A stretch of DNA of 64,000 nt from Gammaproteobacteria bacterium (GTDB taxonomy: Bacteria; Pseudomonadota; Gammaproteobacteria; UBA4575), in contig CBDCTA010000005.1 in assembly GCA_965221955.1 (NCBI GenBank), positions 1 to 64,000 of the forward strand, written 5' to 3'. Under the pieces are notes generated by a model. The model saw only the letters and a program-made list of their open reading frames with translations. It made no database searches and was not told the origin of the DNA. Position 1 is the stretch's first letter; every line of letters begins with the position of its first letter. A program made the translations under genes and the position numbers. Below, in pieces: positions 27,858 to 38,035 of this stretch.

Positions 27858-29141
27858 CTAGATAATTGCTTCGAATGGGAGTACTTGTACCTCATCATCG
27901 ACTTCTACGCCACCTGACTCCATGGGTAAGATGATAAAACAGTTCGCATCTGACATTGAACGTAAAATTCCTGAACCTTGTGCTCCAGTTTTAACTACTT
28001 CATAAGAAGTTGGATTGTTATTTGTTTTTGAAAGGATTCCTCGTTGGTACTCTATACGTCCTGGCCGTTTACGCAACTTAGTTTTGCAAGCAGCATTTAG
28101 CATTAAAGGTTCTTTATATTTAAGACCCATTAACTTTTTAAGTGCAGGTTGCACAAACATATAAAAGGTCACCATCACTGAAACAGGATTTCCAGGTAGA
28201 CCGAAAAACCAAGCATTTTTAATTTTTCCAAAGGCAAGAGGTCGGCCAGGTTTCATTGCGACTTTCCAGAAATTAACTTCGCCTATTTTCTCTAACGTTT
28301 CTTTAACAAAATCTGCTTCGCCAACGGATACACCACCCGAAGTAATAATCACATTTGCTTTATCCGCAGCATTTAAAAAAGCTTGTTCCACTGCTTCGCG
28401 CTTATCTTCAATGACTCCTAAATCAATAATTTCTACTCCTAGCTTTGAAAGCATGCCATGTAAGGTATAACGATTACTGTCATAAATTTGCCCAACTTCT
28501 AATTCACTTCCTACAGGTCTAAGTTCATCACCGGTTGAGAAAAAAGCAATACAAATTTTTTTATTTACATTTACTTCATTAATACCAACAGATGCTATCA
28601 ACCCTAAGTCAGCAGGTGTAAGCTGTTTGCCTTTGCAAAGTACTAGTCCGCCTATTGGAATGTCTTCGCCTGCTAAGCGAACGTTTTGACCTATTTTATT
28701 CGAATGGTCAATTGTGATGTCATTATCATTTACTTCAACATGTTCTTGCATGATCACCGTATCAGTATTGGTAGGCATTGCGGCGCCCGTCATAATGCGT
28801 ACACATTCGCCTTTATTGACTTCACCAGTGTAGGGTCGTCCTGCCCATGATGTTCCAATATTTTTAAGTGTAACAGTATCTTGAGTAGGAATGTCTGCGC
28901 CTATAATTGCATAACCATCCATGGCGGAGTTCGTGTGGCCAGGCACATTAATATTTGAAGTTATATCTTCTGCTAGCGTGCGGCCTAGCGATTCTCGAAT
29001 AGGTGATTTCTCTGTCTCAGATATTGAAGAGATCGTGTTTAAAATTCGTTGTAAGGCTTGATTAGCATCGAGTGAAGCTGGATCAAAATCGTCCATACAA
29101 CTAGGATCATGTGTTACAGATTCTGTATTTTTTGATGGCAT
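27858..29141 (-). CDS. moeA: Molybdopterin molybdotransferase
   Basis: SAMDGYA, STGDEL, SGGVSVG, KPGRP, GLPGNPVS. Confidence 0.95.
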   Translation of the reverse strand: MPSKNTESVTHDPSCMDDFDPASLDANQALQRILNTISSISETEKSPIRESLGRTLAEDITSNINVPGHTNSAMDGYAIIGADIPTQDTVTLKNIGTSWAGRPYTGEVNKGECVRIMTGAAMPTNTDTVIMQEHVEVNDNDITIDHSNKIGQNVRLAGEDIPIGGLVLCKGKQLTPADLGLIASVGINEVNVNKKICIAFFSTGDELRPVGSELEVGQIYDSNRYTLHGMLSKLGVEIIDLGVIEDKREAVEQAFLNAADKANVIITSGGVSVGEADFVKETLEKIGEVNFWKVAMKPGRPLAFGKIKNAWFFGLPGNPVSVMVTFYMFVQPALKKLMGLKYKEPLMLNAACKTKLRKRPGRIEYQRGILSKTNNNPTSYEVVKTGAQGSGILRSMSDANCFIILPMESGGVEVDDEVQVLPFEAII

Positions 29142-29282
29142 AAAAAGGTTTTGATGGTTGAAGCAATAATTATTATTATAATGTCACAACGATATGAACT
29201 CGAGTTACTTATTAGAGTCTAACACTCAATTGCATATTTCTGCGTTCAATTTTTCTCTTTAATGATGTATTAATTTATTACC

Positions 29283-30272
29283 ATGCTGCGATTACTCAGT
29301 GTAGTGTTTTTACTATTAATTTCTACTCAGATATTTGCTGAATGGCAAACTGAAGATGCTGCCATTATGGGCACCACAATTCGTGTTGAAGTGTGGCATG
29401 AAGATGCAAAATTGCGTCAACAAGGAATTGACAAAGTATTAGAAGAAATGGAAAGGGTGAATCGCTTAATGAGCCCTTATATTGAAGATAGTCAGCTCTC
29501 AAAAATTAATAAGCATGCACATGAAGGGCCTGTAGAAGTTGATCAAGATTTATTCGATGTAATTAATAGATCACTGGAAGTTTCACGTCTTACTAGCGGA
29601 GCATTTGATATTACTTATGCAAGCGTTGGTCACTTATTCAACTATCGTAAAGAAATCAAACCAAGTGAGGAAGAAATTGAGCAAGCTAGAACATTGATTG
29701 ATTATAAAAACGTAGTACTTGATAAAGATCATTCTAGCGTTGCCTTTTTAAAGCAAGGTGTAAAAATTGATTTGGGTGGAATTGCAAAAGGGTTTGCAGT
29801 GGATCAATCGATTCAACATTTGCGCGATCTTGGTATTCAGCATGCGCTTGTTTCTGCAGGAGGTGATACGCGTTTATTAGGTGATCGACTTGGTCGAGCT
29901 TGGCTGGTGGGAATTCGTGATCCTTCAAATACAGAAGAAGTGATAGTGATGTTACCTTTACAAGATGAAGCGCTATCGACATCTGGTGATTACGAAAGAT
30001 TTTTTATTGAAGATGGTGAAAAATATCACCATATTATTCACCCCAATACCGGCAAATCGGCAAGCGAAGTTCGTAGTGTTTCGATTCTGGCAAGTGATTC
30101 AACCACTACGGATGCACTTTCAACTAGCATATTTGTAATGGGAGTAAGCGAAGGCCTTAGCTTACTAAATAGTCTTCAAGGAGTGGAAGGAGTCATCATC
30201 GATCAACAAGGCAAGCTCTATTACTCAGACGGTCTTCAACAAGAAAAAAACGAAACTCATTCCGACTCTTAA
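29283..30272 (+). CDS. apbE: FAD:protein FMN transferase
   Basis: MGT, DLGGIAKG, STSGDYER, HHIIHP-x-TG, DALST. Confidence 0.95.
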   Translation: MLRLLSVVFLLLISTQIFAEWQTEDAAIMGTTIRVEVWHEDAKLRQQGIDKVLEEMERVNRLMSPYIEDSQLSKINKHAHEGPVEVDQDLFDVINRSLEVSRLTSGAFDITYASVGHLFNYRKEIKPSEEEIEQARTLIDYKNVVLDKDHSSVAFLKQGVKIDLGGIAKGFAVDQSIQHLRDLGIQHALVSAGGDTRLLGDRLGRAWLVGIRDPSNTEEVIVMLPLQDEALSTSGDYERFFIEDGEKYHHIIHPNTGKSASEVRSVSILASDSTTTDALSTSIFVMGVSEGLSLLNSLQGVEGVIIDQQGKLYYSDGLQQEKNETHSDS

Positions 30273-30287
30273 GTGACGTAAATCACA
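30272..30287. promoter_or_regulatory. Candidate CRP-family binding site upstream of the large envelope operon
   Basis: AGTGA-CGTAAA-TCACA, 9/10 match to TGTGA-N6-TCACA. Confidence 0.5.
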
Positions 30288-30529
30288 CTTAACATAGCTG
30301 TAAATTCTTTCCAAATTATGAGCGGTAATCACTTATACCGTTGATCTGTTTAATTTGACCGCCAATACCTCTGCCACGGTTCCACCCATTTAAGGGGTGA
30401 ATAATCGACACCATATAGTCCTTAAAAATCAAGGAGATAGGGCTATTATGTGAGAGCACTTATAGCCGTACTATTTTTGATGTTAGTGGCTGAATCTGTG
30501 TGAATTTTTTTAATGAAATGGATCTTTAG

Positions 30530-33478
30530 GTGTTACTGGAGTTGGTTATGAAAAGGAACTTTACACATATTTGGGTTTTGATCGCCGTCGTGTGTTCCGT
30601 GTTACTGGTTTTACCGAGTTGTAAAACAGGCTCATCTGAATCTGCAGATGGATTTACAACTATTGGAAATTATCCAATGGTGTACGTGCAAAGAAGCATG
30701 GCTGCTCTGGGTAATCCAACCGATGGTGTTACTTTTGCACCGGGTGGCGACCTTATGTACAAAGATGCATCTACAGGTGCCATTACCCCTATTAATATCA
30801 CGTCTGCATATACGCAAGGTCAAGGCGATGTGTCTGATCCTGCGGTAAATTATGATGCCACTAAAGTTATTTTCTCCATGCGTAGACCAGGGGACGAAAC
30901 CTTTAGTCTCTGGGAGATGGATGTTGCTTCAAGACAAATTTCGCAAGTGATGGCAGATCCCGTTGCGGCAGAATTAGGTGATGATGTAGATCCTGCATAT
31001 TTACCAGATGGCAGAATTGTATTTACGTCAAACCGTCAAAAGCGCATGTTGGAAATGCAGCTTGAGCAAAATATTGCTCAACATAAAACACTTGATGAAT
31101 ATGAGCGTGAAGATGTTTTAAACCTTCATATATTCAATCCTCTTACTCAAGATATTACACAAATTTCATTTAACCAAAGTCATGATCGCAATCCTTCAGT
31201 TTTGAAAGACGGTCGCATTATGTTTAGTCGTTGGGATCACTTAGCGAATCGTAACCACTTCCCAATATTTACGGTTAATCCTGATGGTACTGATTTATTT
31301 GTTCTGTATGGTGCATTTAGTCCAGGTAATTCATTCCTGCATCCAATGGAACAACAGAATGGAAACATTCTAACTACATTAATGCCTTTGTCTGGTACAG
31401 ATGAAGGTGGCGCACTGTTTACAATCAACACAAATAATTATTCCGAACATTGTGAGCCAGCACCAGGCGTTGCACCGGGTTGTAATGGTCAAATTAAACC
31501 GGATGGTGCAGTAAACTTAGCAGAAGTAACTTTTGACGGAAGCTTCTCACCTGGTGGTCGTTACTCATCACCGGACCCATTATGGGATGGTACAGGTCGA
31601 GTACTAATCTCACGTGCAATAGCGCCTCACCCCGATTTTGGTGGCATTCCTGTAGAAACACATCCTTTTAACGGTAGTACGAAGCAAGTATTCGGACCAT
31701 CAAACTATCGTATTTATATGATGGACTTTAATAATGATGTACGTCCTGTTCAGACAGGTGCAGCTAATGGTATGGCCTACCTAGACCCTGTAGCCATATA
31801 TCCACGTCGTTTAAGTGATGTGCCTGCAATTCGTCCAGATAAACCTGTTAACCCTGCGATGGTGGTTGAGCCTAATGGCTTAGGTGGCCAAGGTATGGGT
31901 GTACTAGGTGTGCGTTCGGTTTATCACACAGATTTCTTAGACATCATGGGAGATCGTGTTTTAGTGCCTGCATTAGGTGAAAACATTCCTAAAATTGGTA
32001 GCACACCTGATTTGTTAGCGTTAAAAGATCCTAACAATCCAAGTTATTTGAATCGTCCAGGATATTTTGCACGCGTGACACGTGCATTACCAACACCTCC
32101 AGGAATTTCGCGAAGTGCAATTGGTCGCACTAACTTTGAAATGCAAGAAGTATTAGGTTATGTGCCTGTTGAGCCAGATGGTTCAATTTTAGCTAAGGTT
32201 CCTGCAGATTCTGCGTTAACCATTGCTGTTTTGGATGAATCGGGACGTGCATTTCAAACTCATACAAACTGGTTACAAGTACGTCCAGGTGAAACACGCA
32301 CTTGTAATGGCTGTCATTCACCTAGACGTGCGTTGAACTCTATTAATGTTGCACCAATTGCGGGTAGCCATGTTAATGCATTGGGTGCAGAAACGATGGC
32401 TGAAACACGTGCACGTTTAAATAATGAAACCGCACCTGCATTAAATTCAAATGTGGAGTTTACAGAGTTCTGGTCAAACGGATTAGAGCAAAACTTTACG
32501 CTTTCATTAGCAAATTTAGATACACCGGTTCCAGATAACGGCCGTATTGATTACGTAACGCATATACAACCTATCTTTGAAAAAGATCGTGGTGCAAACA
32601 CATGTACGAGCTGTCATAACAATAATTTGTTAGCGGATCCAGTTTCTGGCGGTTTGACATTAGAAGGTGGTTTGTCAGGTTTTGCAGGACATATTATTTC
32701 TTATGATCAACTTATGCGTGGTCCGTTTAAGGTAGATGAAAATGGAAATCCACTACCACCTATTGTGACCGAAAGTGGTCGTGTTATTTTTCCACGTGGC
32801 CCTGCATTAGTACGAGTAGGAAGTTCAGCAAACAGCTCACGTACTAGTCATTTAATAGAAACGGTTTACAACACTAAGCTGAGAGCAGGTGGAAGCTATT
32901 CTTTAGGTTTAGTAGATCATTCCACAATGTTATCTGCTGATGAAAAATGGTTGCTTTCTACTTGGGTAGATGTAGGCGCGCAATATACTAACGAGCCTTA
33001 TGAGCTTGTAAACGGACAATATGTTGTTCGCGATGCAATCGTTTCAAGTAGAACGGTTAGTCGTTCAGTATTCAATGATCAAATTCATCCGATCTTAAAA
33101 GCTGAGTGCATGTCATGTCACGTTGCAGATGGTTTCGATGCAGAGTCTTCTCAAGATCCAAACTTATTTGCAGATGAAAATGATGAAGACCACGAATTTA
33201 ATCGATTCGTGCTTACAGGAAATCAATCTGGTGACTTTAATGTTACTCGTGCAATGATTAATAATCTTTGTGATCCGATGAACAATAATATTCTACTACG
33301 TCCAATTTCGGACAACATTGCTCCTAACTTACCTCATCCACAAATCCTGGTTGATATTAATGATCCAAATGGTGCCACTCGGCCGGTTTTCCAAGACACT
33401 GGTCCTGGATCCTCCTACGACATAATTTTGACCTGGCTTATGATGGGTGAAGCTAGTAATCCAACCTGTCTAAATTAG
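30530..33478 (+). CDS. HzsA-like (PD40/TolB beta-propeller) multiheme c-type lipoprotein
   Basis: Lipobox LPSC; DVDPAYLPDGRIVFTS repeats; CNGCH, CTSCH and CMSCH heme motifs. Confidence 0.8.
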   Translation: MLLELVMKRNFTHIWVLIAVVCSVLLVLPSCKTGSSESADGFTTIGNYPMVYVQRSMAALGNPTDGVTFAPGGDLMYKDASTGAITPINITSAYTQGQGDVSDPAVNYDATKVIFSMRRPGDETFSLWEMDVASRQISQVMADPVAAELGDDVDPAYLPDGRIVFTSNRQKRMLEMQLEQNIAQHKTLDEYEREDVLNLHIFNPLTQDITQISFNQSHDRNPSVLKDGRIMFSRWDHLANRNHFPIFTVNPDGTDLFVLYGAFSPGNSFLHPMEQQNGNILTTLMPLSGTDEGGALFTINTNNYSEHCEPAPGVAPGCNGQIKPDGAVNLAEVTFDGSFSPGGRYSSPDPLWDGTGRVLISRAIAPHPDFGGIPVETHPFNGSTKQVFGPSNYRIYMMDFNNDVRPVQTGAANGMAYLDPVAIYPRRLSDVPAIRPDKPVNPAMVVEPNGLGGQGMGVLGVRSVYHTDFLDIMGDRVLVPALGENIPKIGSTPDLLALKDPNNPSYLNRPGYFARVTRALPTPPGISRSAIGRTNFEMQEVLGYVPVEPDGSILAKVPADSALTIAVLDESGRAFQTHTNWLQVRPGETRTCNGCHSPRRALNSINVAPIAGSHVNALGAETMAETRARLNNETAPALNSNVEFTEFWSNGLEQNFTLSLANLDTPVPDNGRIDYVTHIQPIFEKDRGANTCTSCHNNNLLADPVSGGLTLEGGLSGFAGHIISYDQLMRGPFKVDENGNPLPPIVTESGRVIFPRGPALVRVGSSANSSRTSHLIETVYNTKLRAGGSYSLGLVDHSTMLSADEKWLLSTWVDVGAQYTNEPYELVNGQYVVRDAIVSSRTVSRSVFNDQIHPILKAECMSCHVADGFDAESSQDPNLFADENDEDHEFNRFVLTGNQSGDFNVTRAMINNLCDPMNNNILLRPISDNIAPNLPHPQILVDINDPNGATRPVFQDTGPGSSYDIILTWLMMGEASNPTCLN

Positions 33479-33499
33479 TAATTAAAACAGAGGTTTGTC

Positions 33500-33988
33500 G
33501 TGCAATTATTGCGGCTGGTGTTACTACTAGTCGCAGTAGCACCGTTATTCTTATTCCAAGGATGTGATAGTACGTCCAACGAGCCACTTCCAAACAGTGG
33601 CCAAAGTCTATGCTTTGATCTTTACGAGACGTGCATAGATCCAATTTTTCATAACCTCACTTCTACAGGTAATTCTTGTTCACAGGCAGGTTGTCATAAC
33701 CCACCTATTGGCCAGGATGGGTTCTTTTTGTTTCCTGCAGCAGGTATGGGGTCTACAGAAATGATGAATAATTTTAATCAGGTTGAGTCAAGAACACTTA
33801 ATAACAATTTATTGCTTAGCAAAGCCACCGGTAATGCTCACGGTGGTGGACAACAATTAAGAGTAGGAGATCTTTGTTATACCGCTATTCAAGAATGGAG
33901 TGTTATTAGTTTTAACGGTGGTGCATGTCCTCCGCTTCCCAGTGGCTGTCCTATGCCAGCACAAATACCACTTTTCTGCGGGCCGTAA
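33500..33988 (+). CDS. Cys-rich lipoprotein with a CX4CH putative heme motif
   Basis: FQGC lipobox; CSQAGCH; HGGG. Confidence 0.7.
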   Translation: MQLLRLVLLLVAVAPLFLFQGCDSTSNEPLPNSGQSLCFDLYETCIDPIFHNLTSTGNSCSQAGCHNPPIGQDGFFLFPAAGMGSTEMMNNFNQVESRTLNNNLLLSKATGNAHGGGQQLRVGDLCYTAIQEWSVISFNGGACPPLPSGCPMPAQIPLFCGP

Positions 33989-34803
33989 TTGGTATGAATA
34001 CAACCAATAATAAACATATGGATCGTTACAGCATGAAGCTGAACATAACTCACTTATTTTACGTGATTTTATTTTTTGTTTTGTTATTTGCGCCATTTAC
34101 TAATGCTTTTGCAGATCTATTTGGAAAAAAAGAATATCAGCGCGTCAAGATTGTAGATCCCTATATTGAATTACACACAGGTCCAGGTCGAGGTTATCCA
34201 ATTTTTCATGTAGTCAAACGTCATGAGTGGATTGACATCATGAAGCGTAAAACAGATTGGTTCAAAGTGAAAAATGATCGAGGTGTTGAAGGTTGGGTGA
34301 GTCGCAAGCAAATGGAGCAAACATTAACCGTGGCAGGAATTCCTAAGTCATTTAGAGATGTACTCTATGACGATTTCCTACACCGACGTTTAGAATTTGG
34401 TATATCTGCAGGTGAGTTTGATAACGATCCAATCGTTTCTGCAAGGCTTGCATACAAATTTTCAGAAAATATCGCACTTGAGTTCCAAGTTTCTAAAGTT
34501 GCAGGAAAGTTATCAAGCTCAGATATTTATGCCGTCAATCTAGTTTCTATGCCTTTTCCTGATTGGCGACTAACGCCACATTTCACTATTGGTTACGGGC
34601 GTTTTGAGAATGAACCTAAAGGTTCGCTCATTCAAGATGCTGAAACTGAAGATGACCTAGCTAATTATGGTTTAGGGATTCGTTATTACTTAACAAAAAG
34701 ATTCTTTCTGCGTGGAGATTATCGACGTTACATCGTTTTATCAGAAGACGATAGAAACGATGAGTTTGATGAATTCAGCGCAGGGGTTTCATTTTTTTTC
34801 TGA
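33925..34803 (+). CDS. SH3-domain plus outer-membrane beta-barrel protein (start probably 34018 or 34033)
   Basis: HTGPGRGYPI...WFKV...EGWV bacterial SH3; C-terminal GVSFFF barrel signal. Confidence 0.8.
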   Translation: MSSASQWLSYASTNTTFLRAVIGMNTTNNKHMDRYSMKLNITHLFYVILFFVLLFAPFTNAFADLFGKKEYQRVKIVDPYIELHTGPGRGYPIFHVVKRHEWIDIMKRKTDWFKVKNDRGVEGWVSRKQMEQTLTVAGIPKSFRDVLYDDFLHRRLEFGISAGEFDNDPIVSARLAYKFSENIALEFQVSKVAGKLSSSDIYAVNLVSMPFPDWRLTPHFTIGYGRFENEPKGSLIQDAETEDDLANYGLGIRYYLTKRFFLRGDYRRYIVLSEDDRNDEFDEFSAGVSFFF

Positions 34804-34825
34804 TGCTTAACTCATAGGACATCAT

Positions 34826-35464
34826 ATGAAAGTTAAATTACTTATTATTTTATTACTCATGTTTGTGTTACATCCGGTATGCGCTGATGATGAAGCGCCT
34901 GAACCTGAATCAACCCAAGAACAAGTGATTGAACCGGATATCTACCGTAGAGATATCGTCGTACCTCGCATTGATACGGAAAATTTTGAAATCACTGCGT
35001 ATTACGGCGTATTGGATATCGAAGATTTTGGTACTGAGCCTGCATATGGATTGCGAGCGGCTTATCACGTAACTGAAGATTTTTTCATAGAAGGTGCAAT
35101 AGGGATGTCTGAAACATCAGATGAAACTCTAGAGAATTTGACCACCTTTAATATCCTGCAAGATGAAGACGTTACTTATTACAACGTATCAATTGGTTAC
35201 AACATCTTTCCTGGCGAGGTGTTCCTAGGTAGCGATATTGCCATGACCAGTAGTTTTTACCTGATGTTTGGAGTAGGCAACGTTGAGTTTAATGAAGAAG
35301 ATGAGTTTGCTTATAACATAGGTTTTGGGTTGAAAGTGTTACCTACAGATTGGTTGTCATTCCGATTTGATGTGCGTGACATCGTATATGAAACAGATTT
35401 GTTAGGGGATAACGAATTCACCAATAACTTTGAAGTTACGGCAAATGTAGGAGTGTTTTTCTAA
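34826..35464 (+). CDS. Outer-membrane beta-barrel protein
   Basis: Signal peptide, alternating strands, terminal VGVFF. Confidence 0.82.
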   Translation: MKVKLLIILLLMFVLHPVCADDEAPEPESTQEQVIEPDIYRRDIVVPRIDTENFEITAYYGVLDIEDFGTEPAYGLRAAYHVTEDFFIEGAIGMSETSDETLENLTTFNILQDEDVTYYNVSIGYNIFPGEVFLGSDIAMTSSFYLMFGVGNVEFNEEDEFAYNIGFGLKVLPTDWLSFRFDVRDIVYETDLLGDNEFTNNFEVTANVGVFF

Positions 35465-35482
35465 TGCAGAAAAACATCGCTT

Positions 35483-36019
35483 TTGAAAAGTTTTATTCAG
35501 GGAAGGAATGCTATGAGTAGAAATAAGTTATTAGTAATTGGGTTAGTAGCGTTAATTACGTTAAGCATTACCAGTGTTGTGTCGTTTGCCAAAATCAAAG
35601 CAAACAGCGCACCAGATTTTGTCTTGAAAAGCGCAGCAGGAAAGAATGTTCGCTTAAGCGAACTTAAAGGGCGTGTCGTCTTGTTGAACTTTTGGGCAAC
35701 TTGGTGTGGTCCTTGTGCAGAAGAAATTCCTCATCTTAATGAACTGCATGCATCAATAGATCCTTATGACTTTGAATTGCTGGGTATCAATATTGATGAA
35801 GATCAATCGAAAGCGGTTCATTTGGCAAAAAAGTTAGATGTTAATTTTCCTATTTTATTTGATGTAGATAAAAGCGTGAGTAAGAACTTTGATATTAAAG
35901 CGATGCCTACCACGATCATTATTGATCGTGAAGGAAAAATTAGACATGTAAATAAAGGTTTCAAGAAAGGTTATATAGAGCGTTACCACAAACAAGTACA
36001 AGCCTTGAGAAAAGAGTAG
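35483..36019 (+). CDS. TlpA disulfide reductase family protein
   Basis: NFWATWCGPC, MPTT. Confidence 0.92.
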   Translation: MKSFIQGRNAMSRNKLLVIGLVALITLSITSVVSFAKIKANSAPDFVLKSAAGKNVRLSELKGRVVLLNFWATWCGPCAEEIPHLNELHASIDPYDFELLGINIDEDQSKAVHLAKKLDVNFPILFDVDKSVSKNFDIKAMPTTIIIDREGKIRHVNKGFKKGYIERYHKQVQALRKE

Positions 36020-36025
36020 TTCAAA

Positions 36026-36298
36026 GTGATTATGCTAAAAAAATTAAAATGCACAGCAGCCAGGCTGATAGTTTTTGGTTTGATAATTTCCATTGGAGCG
36101 TGTTCATCATTTAGTTTGCCAAACATATCTAACATAGAACCTTGGGTGCCTCCATATGAACGTGAATATTTGGCTGACCCTATTATGAGTTTTAATAAAG
36201 ATCCACTATCTAATAAATATAGACAACATGTTTTTAATACACGTGAAGGTGCGCGAGGTGCGGGTTATGCGCATGGTGGTGGTTGTGGTTGCAATTAA
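36026..36298 (+). CDS. DUF4266 lipoprotein
   Basis: PYEREYLADPIM and C-terminal GGGCGCN. Confidence 0.9.
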   Translation: MIMLKKLKCTAARLIVFGLIISIGACSSFSLPNISNIEPWVPPYEREYLADPIMSFNKDPLSNKYRQHVFNTREGARGAGYAHGGGCGCN

Positions 36299-36315
36299 AT
36301 TTTGTAAATTGATAA

Positions 36316-37438
36316 ATGATTAACCTTATATTTAAAACTTATTTATTAATACTTTTGCTAAGTATTTTTACCAATACATGGGCCGAAGTGTTACCCGAAG
36401 AACGGGCTGATATTGGGTATCACTATTATGATGGTGGTGGGGTAGAAGTAGATGGTGCCACCATGTTGGTGCGTAAAAACTTTGCAGGTAAATATTCTAT
36501 TTATGGTGGGTATCACCACGATAGCATAAGTGGTGCTTCACCTGATGTATTAGCTGGTGCAAGTAAATATGATGAAGAGCGTGATGAATACACGATTGGT
36601 GGTACGTATTTACGTGATAACACCTTAATGGATCTTTCTTACACTTATAGTGATGAGGATGACTACGAATCTAATACAGTAAGTTTCGATATTTCGCATG
36701 AAATGTTTGGTGCCATGACAAAGATGTATATCGGCACATCGATCGGAGCCGATGATGTTGAACGAACTGATTTGCCAAGTTTTGAAGAAGACTTAGATCG
36801 ATATTCTTTTCGAGCTGGAATATCGCAAGTGATCACCAAAACCTTCGCGATGGCAGTTTGATTATGAAGCCACAGTAGAAGAAGGCTTTCTAAATAACCC
36901 ATATCGATTCGTATTTTTAAATGGCGTATCTCTTGGTAGTGGATCAGAAGAATATCCCGATACCCGTACAGGACAAGCTTATGCTCTAAAGGGAATTAAA
37001 TATTGGCAACATCGCGCCTCCACATCTCTCGGTTATCGGTTTTATAGGGACACTTGGGATGTTCGTTCCCATACCTTAGACCTTAATTATTCACAATACA
37101 TTGGAAATCAATGGGTTGTTGACGTTTATGGACGTTATTACACGCAAGATAAGGCGGATTTCTATAGCGACAATTTCACCGCCCAGTTGAGGTATATGGC
37201 GCGAGATAAAGAGCTAAGTAGTTTTGATAGTTTTGCAGTAGGCGGGCGACTTCGTTACGACTTATTTAAGGATTATAAATTTTTACGTACCGCTTCATTA
37301 AATCTCGCAGTTGAGTATTTGGATTATGACTATGACGATTATTCCGGAATTGAATCAGTGGCAGATACTGCAAGTTTAGGCGGTGGATATTCATTTGATG
37401 CAACTACTATTCAATTTTACATTTCAACTTGGTTTTAA
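36316..37438 (+). pseudogene. DUF3570 outer-membrane protein split by a +1 T at 36857-36859 (likely read error)
   Basis: DSISGAS flavinylation-type motif; removing one T gives a continuous frame (DYEATVEEGFLNNPYR...) into ORF 37187-37438 ending TWF. Confidence 0.8.
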
Positions 37439-37441
37439 CTG

Positions 37442-38035
37442 TTGGGTTTAGCAAAAAGAAGCAGTTTGAGTTTGCGGAGAAAAAAGATGTATAAAAAATT
37501 TATTTTATTTATCAGCTGCATTTTGCTGGCATATGTTTGCAGTGTCGGAGCAGATATAGGCGAACTAAACGCAAGTGAAGATCAAGATTTTCAAGATTTA
37601 GATAATGATATACAAGATTTAAAAGAAGAAGTGCTTGAGCTTAATCGTGATCTTTATATCTTAGAAGAAGAGCTACTTTATCCATCCAGCACCCAAGTCG
37701 CAGTTTATGTTTCTGTAGATGTTGGTGATTTTTTTGATCTTGATTCTGTTCAAGTCATGTTAAATGAAAAAATAGTAGCAAATTATTTATATACGGAACG
37801 TGAAGTAGATGCTTTGTTACGCGGAGGTGTGCATCAAATTTATATCGGAAACTTACCCTCAGGTGAACATGAATTAGTTGCATATTTTGTTGGCCGTGGC
37901 CCTAAAGGTAGAGATTTCAAGCGTGGTGCGAATCGTATCATAGATAAAGGTTTGGGGGCTAAATATTTAGAGTTAAAAATTACCGACCGGACTCCAAAGC
38001 ATCAGCCTGACTTTATTGTTAAAGAGTGGGAATAA
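37442..38035 (+). CDS. Secreted coiled-coil hypothetical protein (start probably ATG 37487)
   Basis: Signal peptide; LNRDLYILEEELLYP; in operon. Confidence 0.78.
   Translation: MGLAKRSSLSLRRKKMYKKFILFISCILLAYVCSVGADIGELNASEDQDFQDLDNDIQDLKEEVLELNRDLYILEEELLYPSSTQVAVYVSVDVGDFFDLDSVQVMLNEKIVANYLYTEREVDALLRGGVHQIYIGNLPSGEHELVAYFVGRGPKGRDFKRGANRIIDKGLGAKYLELKITDRTPKHQPDFIVKEWE

Noticed and set aside
30530-33478. True hydrazine synthase (anammox)
   Set aside because: No hzsB/C or other anammox genes; HzsA-like domains are widespread outside anammox bacteria.
36857-36861. Programmed frameshift or selenocysteine readthrough in DUF3570
   Set aside because: The continuation is in another frame, there is no slippery heptamer, and similar indels occur elsewhere in the window.
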